UHGV virus genome: UHGV-0286546
Reading direction: 5' to 3' (one strand)
From: a virus
DNA: 64,000 nt
Position 1 is the stretch's first letter. Each line of letters starts with the position of its first letter. The notes beneath the pieces were generated by a model that was given only the letters and a program-made list of their open reading frames with translations, was not told the origin of the DNA and made no database searches. The translations under genes and the position numbers were made by a program. Below are positions 48,644 to 57,272 of this stretch, piece after piece.

Positions 48644-49324
48644 ATGAATGATATTATTACGTATCAAGAGATATTAGATACTGCATTAAACCGTATAAAA
48701 CAAAAATGTCAAAATATTGATGCTCTTCCTGCTAATTTGTCAAGAGAATTTACAAACAATTCTAATTGGACTATAACGAGTAAAACAGTATCACATCAAG
48801 TTCAAACAAATACTTTTGAAAACCATACAATATCTGCTACTGCAACTGTTTCAGATAATATTTTATCGGTTATATCCAGTGCTACAGTTGCTCAGCAATT
48901 AAATGATTTTTTGGTTATGAGAGGTTTAAACAAAAGACAAGATAAGCTTGTGTCTTTTAAGGAAATGCTGATCTATTATAATAATATCGCGTCTTTTATT
49001 GCTACTAAGGTTGTTACAGTCACTAGTGCATTTAGTACTCTATCTTATTTGTTTTATGATGCAAACACTACTTCTTTTCCATCTACTGCAGCTTTACCAA
49101 CCAACGCAGCATATTCCAATGCAGAATTAACAACTGATATTAATGACCTATTAAAAGTTGTAAATAATGTCAGTAATACACATTTGATTAATACTGTCAT
49201 TAATTATATCTCTAGTTCGTCTAGTAGTTCGAGTAGTTCTTCTTCATCTTCGAGTTCTTCCAGTAGTTCATCTAGTAGTAGCAGTTCGTCTTCATCAACG
49301 TTCATCGCATACATGGATATTTAA
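48644..49324 (+). CDS. Poly-serine-tailed protein, paralog 1 (226 aa; about 30 consecutive Ser then TFIAYMDI-stop)
   Basis: Complete ORF. Its C-terminus is a pure Ser tract encoded by mixed codons, followed by a conserved heptapeptide shared with 61079-61771. Confidence 0.6.
   Translation: MNDIITYQEILDTALNRIKQKCQNIDALPANLSREFTNNSNWTITSKTVSHQVQTNTFENHTISATATVSDNILSVISSATVAQQLNDFLVMRGLNKRQDKLVSFKEMLIYYNNIASFIATKVVTVTSAFSTLSYLFYDANTTSFPSTAALPTNAAYSNAELTTDINDLLKVVNNVSNTHLINTVINYISSSSSSSSSSSSSSSSSSSSSSSSSSSSSTFIAYMDI
49211..49297 (+). repeat. Poly-Ser coding tract (29 Ser codons using tct/tcc/tca/tcg/agt/agc)
   Basis: Read codon by codon in frame with the CDS that starts at 48644. Codon heterogeneity shows it is not a simple microsatellite. 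Confidence 0.8.
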
Positions 49325-49876
49325 ATGTCATTACCAGTAGTTAGTTACCAAACTATTATCAATCAGTTAAAGAGTTGGATTTTAAGTAATTGTTATAACT
49401 TTGATACAACAGTTGCAAATTTACCAGCAGAGTTTAAAGCTGGATATGCTAATTCTCAACGCTTTGCTGGAAATGATACTGCCAATTCAAATTATAGAGT
49501 TACCATTAGTAGCGCAGTACCTGTTTTTTCGCCATCAGTCTTTGAAACGCAATTAACAGAATTTATGACTAAAGTTAATTTATCTGATAAACTCTCTTCG
49601 AATATTGTAGAAAGTGAATTTTTTGATTTAGTCTTGAATTTAATATCATTTTGCTCAACCAAATTAAACTTTGCCAGTAGTCAGTTTAATAGTAATAAGT
49701 ACTTAATATACAATGGAAATAATACTGTATACACGTTTATCTATCAAATATCATCATTAGAAAAAGAAAAATTGATAAAAGCTGACGATTATACAAATTT
49801 GTTAAACCAGATATTACTTGTTTCTAAGCAAAATATACGAACTTTTACATGTAAATATACAATAACTCTTTCTTAA
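49325..49876 (+). CDS. Partner protein of the poly-Ser protein, paralog 1 (183 aa)
   Basis: Starts immediately after the stop of the poly-Ser gene. Related to 60524-61078 (M-x-LP-x-(V/I)-(S/T)-YQ N-terminus, ANLP/NLP motif, C-terminal ...YTITLS vs ...SYTLS). Confidence 0.5.
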   Translation: MSLPVVSYQTIINQLKSWILSNCYNFDTTVANLPAEFKAGYANSQRFAGNDTANSNYRVTISSAVPVFSPSVFETQLTEFMTKVNLSDKLSSNIVESEFFDLVLNLISFCSTKLNFASSQFNSNKYLIYNGNNTVYTFIYQISSLEKEKLIKADDYTNLLNQILLVSKQNIRTFTCKYTITLS

Positions 49877-49887
49877 AAGGAAATAAT

Positions 49888-50406
49888 ATGGCTATTCTCG
49901 GTGATTATACAAATGCAAACAAATTTTATATTATTAACTCTTCTGGTATTTATGAATGGGTACCTTCTCTTAGATTAGCAGAAAGATATACAAAGGATCC
50001 GAAATATAAAGAATGGTATAATAAAGATATTTATGCTACAAGTGAAGATTTTGTTGTATTCGAAGGTAAAACATATTTAAAATCAGAATATAATAAGTTA
50101 GTAAAAGAAAAAGAACAAAAAGTAACTAAAGAATACGTTATAAATACCTTTAAACAACAAACAGAAGAATATATAAATAGGGTTTTACTTGATTACGCTA
50201 ATTCTTTTGGATATGATAATATTTATACAATGATTTCTTGGAAAGATTCTTCAATTAAAAAATATAAAGAAGAAGCAAAAGCTGCGATTGCATATAGAGA
50301 TAAAATCTACCAATACCATTTCGATTGTATAAATTCATTGAATGTAGATAATATAGATTTAACAGCAGAATACTTAAAATACCAAGAAAACTTTCCAAAA
50401 GGTTAA
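49888..50406 (+). CDS. Hypothetical protein (172 aa)
   Basis: Complete ORF with a GGAAATAAT Shine-Dalgarno-like sequence upstream. No motif. Confidence 0.35.
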   Translation: MAILGDYTNANKFYIINSSGIYEWVPSLRLAERYTKDPKYKEWYNKDIYATSEDFVVFEGKTYLKSEYNKLVKEKEQKVTKEYVINTFKQQTEEYINRVLLDYANSFGYDNIYTMISWKDSSIKKYKEEAKAAIAYRDKIYQYHFDCINSLNVDNIDLTAEYLKYQENFPKG

Positions 50407-50461
50407 AGTTTTATTTATTTCCAAAGACTTTATTAAATTCTTATATATAAGTAGTTAATAT

Positions 50462-51340
50462 ATGAGAAATCTTAAAATGGAATATAAAAAAATATATGAA
50501 TTTTTAGTTTGGGATAATTGTAATAATAATTGCTCTTTTTGTTTTCAGCGAGAAGCACCCAGATTATTTAATCATCAAAAACGTGCATTTATATTAGATG
50601 AAGTTATAAATTTTATTCAAAGTGATAGATTTATAAAAGGTAGTCATATATTAGTTTGCGGTGGTGAAATATTTGATAAACCACAAGATAATCCTCAACT
50701 AAATAACTTTTTTTCTAAAATAATAACATTGATGCTGGATAATGTTATTGATTTGTTATATCTTAATACGAATCTTATCTATAAAGATCTTACAGGTTTA
50801 AATTTTCTTTTACAAATAATAAAGGACAACAACTTATTTGATAGGTTAAAATTTACAACGTCTTATGATTTAGAAGGACGCTTTAGAAAAGAAGAAGATA
50901 AAGATTTGATGCTTTCTAACTTAAAATGGATAAATAATACATATCCAGACTGTAAGATTGTTGTAAATACTATCTTAACAAAACAAGTATGTGAAGCTCT
51001 TATAAATGAAAGTTATAAATTAAGTACTTTTATGAGTGAATATAAGTGTTGGGTTAATTTAATTCCGTATATTGTATTAGATAATAAATTAACAGCTAAG
51101 CGTTCAGATATTTTCAAAGCTTTAAAAATAGTAAATAACGATTGTCCAGGATATCTTTCTAAGTATGTACCAAACATGTCTATAACTCAAGAAAAGCTGT
51201 TATATATGTATAAGGACAATGAATTTAAATTTTGTAGTTGTGATATAGATAAATGTGGTCATTCTATTAACTTCAAAAGATATTCTGATAAAGGAACTTG
51301 CTTTTGTTGTGATTTAATTGAGCTGTTTAAAGGAATATAA
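50462..51340 (+). CDS. Radical SAM enzyme, family A (W-x2-C-x3-C-x-F-C type)
   Basis: LVWDNCNNNCSFCFQ, CGGEIFD, and a C-terminal CSCDIDKCGHSINFKRYSDKGTCFCCD. Confidence 0.8.
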   Translation: MRNLKMEYKKIYEFLVWDNCNNNCSFCFQREAPRLFNHQKRAFILDEVINFIQSDRFIKGSHILVCGGEIFDKPQDNPQLNNFFSKIITLMLDNVIDLLYLNTNLIYKDLTGLNFLLQIIKDNNLFDRLKFTTSYDLEGRFRKEEDKDLMLSNLKWINNTYPDCKIVVNTILTKQVCEALINESYKLSTFMSEYKCWVNLIPYIVLDNKLTAKRSDIFKALKIVNNDCPGYLSKYVPNMSITQEKLLYMYKDNEFKFCSCDIDKCGHSINFKRYSDKGTCFCCDLIELFKGI

Positions 51341-51343
51341 AAA

Positions 51344-52357
51344 ATGAAAGAGGCTTTAGAATATTGGTTAAATTATAAAAACATACCAGAAAAAGAATTA
51401 ATACAATTAAATACTATTCGTGAAGAAAATAAACAATTTTACAATGAAAGTAAGTATAAATTGTTAGAAGATGACTTGTTTGATAGAATGCCTTTTTGTC
51501 AATTGAATTCAAAAAATGCGCACATTACAGTAAGTACGTGTGCAAGCGAATTGATAGAAAAATTGTTTGAAACTTTTGTAGACGAGGATACTCTTATAAT
51601 TTCTTCTTCTGTTGAACATACTACTGTCGTTAATGAAAAAAGTAAACGAAAAAATGTTTATGACTTACATTACTACGAAGAGATAAAGGCATTAAATTTT
51701 AGTAAATTAAAGAATATTATAAAAGGTTTTAAAAAAGTATTTGTATATATCATTGGTGCTCAAATCTCAACAGGAGAAATAACGACACAGGTATTTTTTA
51801 AAAAATTAAAGCAAACACTAGATGAAAATAACATCAAATCAATTTTTGTTTTGGATGACGTACATGGAATGTATATTTATCCTAGAGATTATTCTTTTTT
51901 CAATTTTATTATAGGTACTGCACATGCATTAATAAGACCTTATGATATGGGAATTCTCATTCATAATGATACTTTAAATAAAAAAGAATATGAAATTGGT
52001 GAAAAAGTATATAATTGGGTTTATCAATATATAACAAAATTAGATATGATCTTGGAGCGTAAAGATAAATTATTTATGTTAGGACAGATTCTAAACGAAT
52101 ATTTTGCTAAATACACAGACTTTCAAAGATATACCGATAATATTCCAAATATATATGCAATTAAAACACCATATAAAACTTTTACACAAAAAATGTGGGA
52201 TAATTTAGACGCTTATGAAATTCGTTTAGAAATAGCCAATAAAGCACAAGGCGGAATCATTAGATTTAGAGCACAGCAATTTATTACGTTTCCTGATTAT
52301 TTGTTAAAGGGTTTAAACGTATTAGATAAAATCTTATATACTTTACAACACTTTTAA
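51344..52357 (+). CDS. Class-V PLP-fold (NifS/IscS cysteine-desulfurase-like) protein, possibly lacking the catalytic Lys
   Basis: Collinear matches to IscS: ITVSTCASELIEKLF ~ IVFTSGATESDNLAI; IISSSVEHTTVV ~ HIITSKTEHKAVL; IIGAQISTGEI ~ IMHVNNEIGVV; VLDDVHG ~ YHVDATQ; IIGTAHALIRPYDMGILI ~ MSFSGHKIYGPKGIGALY. The Lys of the SGHK motif is replaced by Ala in this by-eye alignment. Confidence 0.5.
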   Translation: MKEALEYWLNYKNIPEKELIQLNTIREENKQFYNESKYKLLEDDLFDRMPFCQLNSKNAHITVSTCASELIEKLFETFVDEDTLIISSSVEHTTVVNEKSKRKNVYDLHYYEEIKALNFSKLKNIIKGFKKVFVYIIGAQISTGEITTQVFFKKLKQTLDENNIKSIFVLDDVHGMYIYPRDYSFFNFIIGTAHALIRPYDMGILIHNDTLNKKEYEIGEKVYNWVYQYITKLDMILERKDKLFMLGQILNEYFAKYTDFQRYTDNIPNIYAIKTPYKTFTQKMWDNLDAYEIRLEIANKAQGGIIRFRAQQFITFPDYLLKGLNVLDKILYTLQHF

Positions 52358-53019
52358 TCTTTATGATTATTAAGTTCGTTAAATAAATCTAAGTAAATAG
52401 TATTTTTTAACAGAAGTGGTTGAAAATATCTAATTGCATCTTTAATATAAAAGCATTCTGATATTTCAAAAGATTCACTCGTTGAAAATATTCCACTCAG
52501 TGTTAATAGATCGATATTTAAAAAGATGTTTTTGTATGTTTCAGGCAAGTCAACACATTTGTCTGTAGGAAGAAAAGTAGTTTTATTATAGGATTTTATT
52601 AAAGAGATAAAATACATTGATAATTTTTTGTTAAACTCTTTGATTTCATCTTTTAGGTTTAATCGTAAGTCTAACATATCCTCGATAGACGAAATATAAA
52701 TGTTTTCATTCATAAAGAAGGAATCGTCTAGAGTATTATATGTTTTAATTAAATTTAGGATATTGAGGAGCATTAAAGAATCTTTTAAGTTTTTATAATT
52801 TAATGCAAATTTTAATCCTTCTGTAATTAATTCAATGTCTAAACCTTTTAAATTAGTTAAAAAGATATCTTTTGAATTTTTATATTCAGATTCAAAAATT
52901 ATATTTAAGTTTTCTACTAATTTCTCGGCAGTGATACTTGGGCTAAATGTAATTTCATAAGTCTCCTGAGTATCGATTTTTTTCTTTTCGATTGTTGTGT
53001 CTTCTAATACCAAATTCAT
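52354..53019 (-). CDS. Hypothetical protein (221 aa), paralog of 61761-62465
   Basis: Shares long near-identical stretches with 61761-62465 (KKLSMYFISLIKSYNKTTFLPTD vs KQLSMYFISLIKSYSKTTFLPTD; MLLNILNLIKTYNTLDDSFF vs MLLNIINLVKVYNTLEDSFF). Confidence 0.45.
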   Translation of the reverse strand: MNLVLEDTTIEKKKIDTQETYEITFSPSITAEKLVENLNIIFESEYKNSKDIFLTNLKGLDIELITEGLKFALNYKNLKDSLMLLNILNLIKTYNTLDDSFFMNENIYISSIEDMLDLRLNLKDEIKEFNKKLSMYFISLIKSYNKTTFLPTDKCVDLPETYKNIFLNIDLLTLSGIFSTSESFEISECFYIKDAIRYFQPLLLKNTIYLDLFNELNNHKD

Positions 53020-53116
53020 AAATTATCTCTTTTACTATAAAGGTTATCTTGTTCTAATATACAGAACTACAATCAAATGTTTATTTTTAAAATAATGTTG
53101 TGATAAAAGAGGGATA

Positions 53117-54043
53117 ATGATGCAAAGATATAAAGCTCCGAGTAAGTTTATACAATACCAGTTATGGCAAGATTGTAGAAACGGTTGTAAATTCTGTTCA
53201 GAACTGAATCAATTAAATGTGGATAAAAAGTGGGCTTTAAACTTTACACTTGACAAATTAAATAATCCTGAAGTATTTGATTACGAAGAAGTTGGTATTA
53301 TCGGAGGAGAAATCTTTGATAACCAATTACAAGATCCAGAAGTACAAAAATTGTTTTACGTACTGACTGATAAAATTTGTACTATGCATTTCAAAAAAAT
53401 ATACATTGCGACTTCTTTAATTTATGATATTAAACCTTATTTAATACCATATCTACAACATCTCAGAAAATTGAATGTTGCTGATAAAGTTTTATTGTGT
53501 ACTTCTTATGATTTGAAATATAGATTTAATAAAGAAGGTAAAAAAGAATTATGGGAAAATAATATGTTACAATTACAAAAAGATTTTCCAGATTTCAGAA
53601 CGCATGTAGAAACTATTCTTACCCAGTATTTTATCGACGCAGTTTTAAATAAAGAGTTTAATATCAAAGAATTTGTTAAAAAATTTAATACAAGAATAGA
53701 TTATATTGAGCCCGCTTCTGGTATGTATTATAAAGACAAACAAGATTGTGAAAAAGTATGTCCAGGATTTTTTCCAACTAAAAAGAGTTTTATAAAATTT
53801 TTAATTCAAGAAGGTATAAAAGATAATTCAATTGATTTATCGTGTATGATCTCGTATCAGATTAGAGCGAGTAGAATATATCATTTAGATTGTGGTAAGT
53901 TTGTTTGTTATGAAGATAGAAGAAAACCTGGATTTAGAGTAATTTGTTCAGACTCAACAAAAAAATATGAAATTGGTTTTATAGATTCTGATGATTCTAT
54001 GGAAGATGTTGCGACATTAATATGTGAAATGAAAAATGACTAA
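53117..54043 (+). CDS. Radical SAM enzyme, family A (tandem paralog 1)
   Basis: YQLWQDCRNGCKFC, IGGEIFD, FIEPASGMYYKDKQDCEKVCPGFFPTKKSF. Confidence 0.8.
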   Translation: MMQRYKAPSKFIQYQLWQDCRNGCKFCSELNQLNVDKKWALNFTLDKLNNPEVFDYEEVGIIGGEIFDNQLQDPEVQKLFYVLTDKICTMHFKKIYIATSLIYDIKPYLIPYLQHLRKLNVADKVLLCTSYDLKYRFNKEGKKELWENNMLQLQKDFPDFRTHVETILTQYFIDAVLNKEFNIKEFVKKFNTRIDYIEPASGMYYKDKQDCEKVCPGFFPTKKSFIKFLIQEGIKDNSIDLSCMISYQIRASRIYHLDCGKFVCYEDRRKPGFRVICSDSTKKYEIGFIDSDDSMEDVATLICEMKND

Positions 54044-54947
54044 TTTTATCTATATAAATCCAAATAAATTTATTCAATTTGAACTGTGGAAAGATTGTTC
54101 AATAGGTTGTCGATTCTGTTGTAATAAGGGTCAACCTAAAATTGATAAAACAAAATCTTTAAATAAGATAATAGAGTTATTAAGCAACCGTGATATTATA
54201 AATGGATATAATGAAATAGGTATTATTGGTGGAGAGCTTTTTAATGGAGAATACAAAGAAGTCGAAGAATTGTTTTATAAACTTTTAGATAAAATAATAT
54301 CTTGTAATTTCGATAAAATTTACATGGCAACTTCTTTGATTTTTGACTTACATGATTATTTAATACCAGTTTTAGAATATTTGAGAAAAAATAATTGTTT
54401 AGATAAATGTTGGATATGTACTTCATACGATGTAGCGTTTAGATTTAAAACACAAGAAAAATTGGACTTGTGGAAAAACAATATGAAATTTTTAGAAGGC
54501 AATTATCCTGAAGTTCATACGCATGTCGAAACAATTATTACTCAACACTTTATAAATGCAGTTTTAAATAAAGAGTTTGATCTACAAAATTTCTGCAATT
54601 ATTTTCATACCCAAATTGATTTTATCGAACCTGCTTCTGGCTTATATTATGTAGATAAACAAGATTGTGAAAAAGATTGTCCAGGATTCTTTCCTACTAA
54701 AAGAAGTTTCATCAAAGTATTACCAAAGTTAGCAAAAGTTGTTAATTTAAATTCATTATTATCAATGGAATTAAGATCTGAAACATTATATTATTATACA
54801 GATGGTGAATTTAGATTGGCAGATAATAGAAGAAATGGTGATGGTAGGTGTCTTTTAAATGGTAATAAAAAATACGAAATTGGATTTATAGATTCTGATA
54901 AATCAATGCGAGATGTGGTAATTGAATATTGTAAACTGATAGACTAG
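54036..54947 (+). CDS. Radical SAM enzyme, family A (tandem paralog 2)
   Basis: FELWKDCSIGCRFC, IGGELFN, FIEPASGLYYVDKQDCEKDCPGFFPTKRSF. Overlaps the preceding gene by 8 nt. Confidence 0.8.
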   Translation: MTNFIYINPNKFIQFELWKDCSIGCRFCCNKGQPKIDKTKSLNKIIELLSNRDIINGYNEIGIIGGELFNGEYKEVEELFYKLLDKIISCNFDKIYMATSLIFDLHDYLIPVLEYLRKNNCLDKCWICTSYDVAFRFKTQEKLDLWKNNMKFLEGNYPEVHTHVETIITQHFINAVLNKEFDLQNFCNYFHTQIDFIEPASGLYYVDKQDCEKDCPGFFPTKRSFIKVLPKLAKVVNLNSLLSMELRSETLYYYTDGEFRLADNRRNGDGRCLLNGNKKYEIGFIDSDKSMRDVVIEYCKLID

Positions 54948-54948
54948 T

Positions 54949-55965
54949 ATGCAAAAAACCTCTAATTTTTTTATTGTTTTAACGAATACTTGTAATTTAA
55001 AATGTAAACACTGTTATGATTTCAAATCGAATCTAAACATGACAGATTCGTTATTAAATAAAGTAGAAGATTACATAATCGATAGTATAAACAATAATCA
55101 AGATGAAAATGAGTTTTGTATAAATTATGTCGGTGGTGAAATAACCTTATATAATCAAACGAGATTAATTTCAAGTATTAAAAAGATAAAAGAAAGGTGT
55201 AAAAGTAAAACAATAAGATTTTTATCTCAATCTAATTTGAGTACTGATTTAAGTGATACCTCTCTTGAATTTTTTAAATTACTCGACGAGATAGGTACTT
55301 CATACGATCCATTAATACGTTTCACTAGCTATAACCAAAAGATAAAATGGATCGAAAATATCCGTAAAATACAAAGTCTGGGTGTACCGATTAGATTGAC
55401 AATTACTTTAACAAAACAGTGTATTGAAACATTAAATCCTGAAACCTTGTTAGATTTTATGTTAGCTCTAAATATAAAAATTTTGGAATTTAATCGTTAT
55501 TTTCCAACTCTATCAGATACTGTTTTTACAAATGTATTACCAAAAAACGATAAGGTGCGTGATTGGACATATTCGTTATTTATACAATACTTAAAAATTA
55601 AAAAGGCATGTGATTTTAGTTGTGTTAATTTGGATTGTTTAATTGATAGTTTCGAAGGTAATTACAACTGGGAACATGGAAGAACTTGTACTTTAGACAA
55701 TGAAACTTTTTCTCCAAACGGTGATATTTCAACTTGTATGTTAATGCAGAAGAAACCAATTTATAATTTGTTAAGAAATGAAAAATTAAATAATAAGGAA
55801 GATATTTTAAAAGAAGAACAAAATATTCCAGATTTATGTAAACAGTGCAAATATTTAAAGTATTGTAAAGGAGATTGTCAGCGTTGTATTTTTGATGAAA
55901 CAGGATGTACAACAGCTTATAAAATTTACGATTATTTGGAAGAAATGCAGAAACTAAAATCATGA
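54949..55965 (+). CDS. Radical SAM enzyme with SPASM-like domain (family B; C-terminus resembles 38895-39872)
   Basis: CNLKCKHC, VGGEITLY. C-terminal CKQCKYLKYCKGDCQRCIFDETGCTTAYKIYDYL parallels CLTCKFFKYCNGDCFQLIFDETGCPGMKSIYSYI in 38895-39872. Confidence 0.85.
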   Translation: MQKTSNFFIVLTNTCNLKCKHCYDFKSNLNMTDSLLNKVEDYIIDSINNNQDENEFCINYVGGEITLYNQTRLISSIKKIKERCKSKTIRFLSQSNLSTDLSDTSLEFFKLLDEIGTSYDPLIRFTSYNQKIKWIENIRKIQSLGVPIRLTITLTKQCIETLNPETLLDFMLALNIKILEFNRYFPTLSDTVFTNVLPKNDKVRDWTYSLFIQYLKIKKACDFSCVNLDCLIDSFEGNYNWEHGRTCTLDNETFSPNGDISTCMLMQKKPIYNLLRNEKLNNKEDILKEEQNIPDLCKQCKYLKYCKGDCQRCIFDETGCTTAYKIYDYLEEMQKLKS

Positions 55966-57272
55966 GTGTACCCTACGATTATAATTATACAACACTAAAT
56001 AATATACAGATTCATGTCACAGGTTGTGGTTTAGCGGAATACGACGCCAAGTGCTTTGCTTCTACTTTGCCTACAGACGAAAAAGCAATCGTTTTTGGTA
56101 CTTGTTCTTTTTTGAAAGAAAGAGAAATCGAGAATATGATTATCTTAAAATTATTATCATCAGTTTATACAGATTATACTTTTTATTTATTAGGATGTGA
56201 CATAAATAACAATAGAAATAGATATTTAAAATACGGTAAAGTTTTTTCTAACCAAGAAGTAAAAGCAATTATAAATAACAATAAATTAAAAGTAATAACT
56301 AGCTTAAACAATAAAGTTAGAATAAAAATACAAGATGGATGTAAAAACAATTGTAGTTATTGTATAATTCACAAATTGAGGAATGATTTATTTTCTGTTC
56401 CATATTCAAAAATTTATGATTCATTACTCAAATTAAATACTTTAGATACAATAGAAGAAATCGAATTTTCTGGTGTAGAAGTTTGTTATTATTACGATAA
56501 AGAAAATAAATTTGGATTAGTACAGTTATTAGATAAAGTAATTAAAGATTTTCCAAAGATAAAAAATATAACATTAACAGCATTAGATCCTGCTGCTAAA
56601 AATATATTCGATATTTTAGAGTTTGTATCTTTACACCGTGATAAATTTCTATTACCTTTGAATTTGGCTGTACAATCAGGTTGTCAAAAAACGTTAAATA
56701 ATATGAACAGACATTATTCTGTAGAAAGAATAATTGCAATCACAAATGCTGCAAATCAATATAAAATTCCGTTAAAATGGGATATTATCGTCGGTTTTCC
56801 AGGAGAATCAGAAGAAGATTTTAATGAAACTAAAAAGTTAATGCAAGATTTAATGATAAATACTGCAAATGTTTTTATATATTCACCTAGAAAAGGAACA
56901 GAGACTTATCTCAAGAAACAAGTACCAAATCTAACTAAACATCAACGTCAAAAAGAATTACTGAGTATGTTAGATAAAGTAGAAAATATATCAAGCGGTA
57001 ATGAAACTAAAAAGTTGATACAAGATCTAATGATAAATAATAATATAATATATTTACGTAAATTTTCAGATATTGTTAATTTTGTAAAGTATCCAAATTT
57101 AGATACAATGATTTGTTTTGATTATACACAAGATAATTATTCAGAGATTATAATTAACTTCTTAAAAGAATACTTTAAGGACATAAAATTAATTGTAAAT
57201 ATACCCAAAGAAAAAAATATAGATAAAAAAGACTTTGAAAATAAATTTATATGTAAAGTAAGATTTGTTTAA
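55962..57272 (+). CDS. MiaB/RimO-like radical SAM methylthiotransferase (N-terminal MTTase domain plus rSAM core)
   Basis: The N-terminal IQIHVTGCGLAEYDAKCF resembles the MTTase N-domain Cys cluster region. The rSAM motif is CKNNCSYC. Contains an internal repeat (ETKKLMQDLMIN at aa ~290 and ETKKLIQDLMIN at aa ~347). Confidence 0.65.
   Translation: MSVPYDYNYTTLNNIQIHVTGCGLAEYDAKCFASTLPTDEKAIVFGTCSFLKEREIENMIILKLLSSVYTDYTFYLLGCDINNNRNRYLKYGKVFSNQEVKAIINNNKLKVITSLNNKVRIKIQDGCKNNCSYCIIHKLRNDLFSVPYSKIYDSLLKLNTLDTIEEIEFSGVEVCYYYDKENKFGLVQLLDKVIKDFPKIKNITLTALDPAAKNIFDILEFVSLHRDKFLLPLNLAVQSGCQKTLNNMNRHYSVERIIAITNAANQYKIPLKWDIIVGFPGESEEDFNETKKLMQDLMINTANVFIYSPRKGTETYLKKQVPNLTKHQRQKELLSMLDKVENISSGNETKKLIQDLMINNNIIYLRKFSDIVNFVKYPNLDTMICFDYTQDNYSEIIINFLKEYFKDIKLIVNIPKEKNIDKKDFENKFICKVRFV

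Noticed and set aside
49211-49297. Poly-Ser tract as a simple trinucleotide microsatellite or assembly artefact
   Set aside because: The tract uses all six serine codons in an irregular order, and a second diverged paralog has a similar tract. This is inconsistent with slipped-strand repeat DNA.
55962-57272. Internal ETKKL(M/I)QDLMIN repeat in the MTTase gene as a frameshift or assembly error
   Set aside because: Both copies are in frame, the ORF is continuous, and the codons differ at several positions. This is more consistent with a genuine ancient internal duplication.
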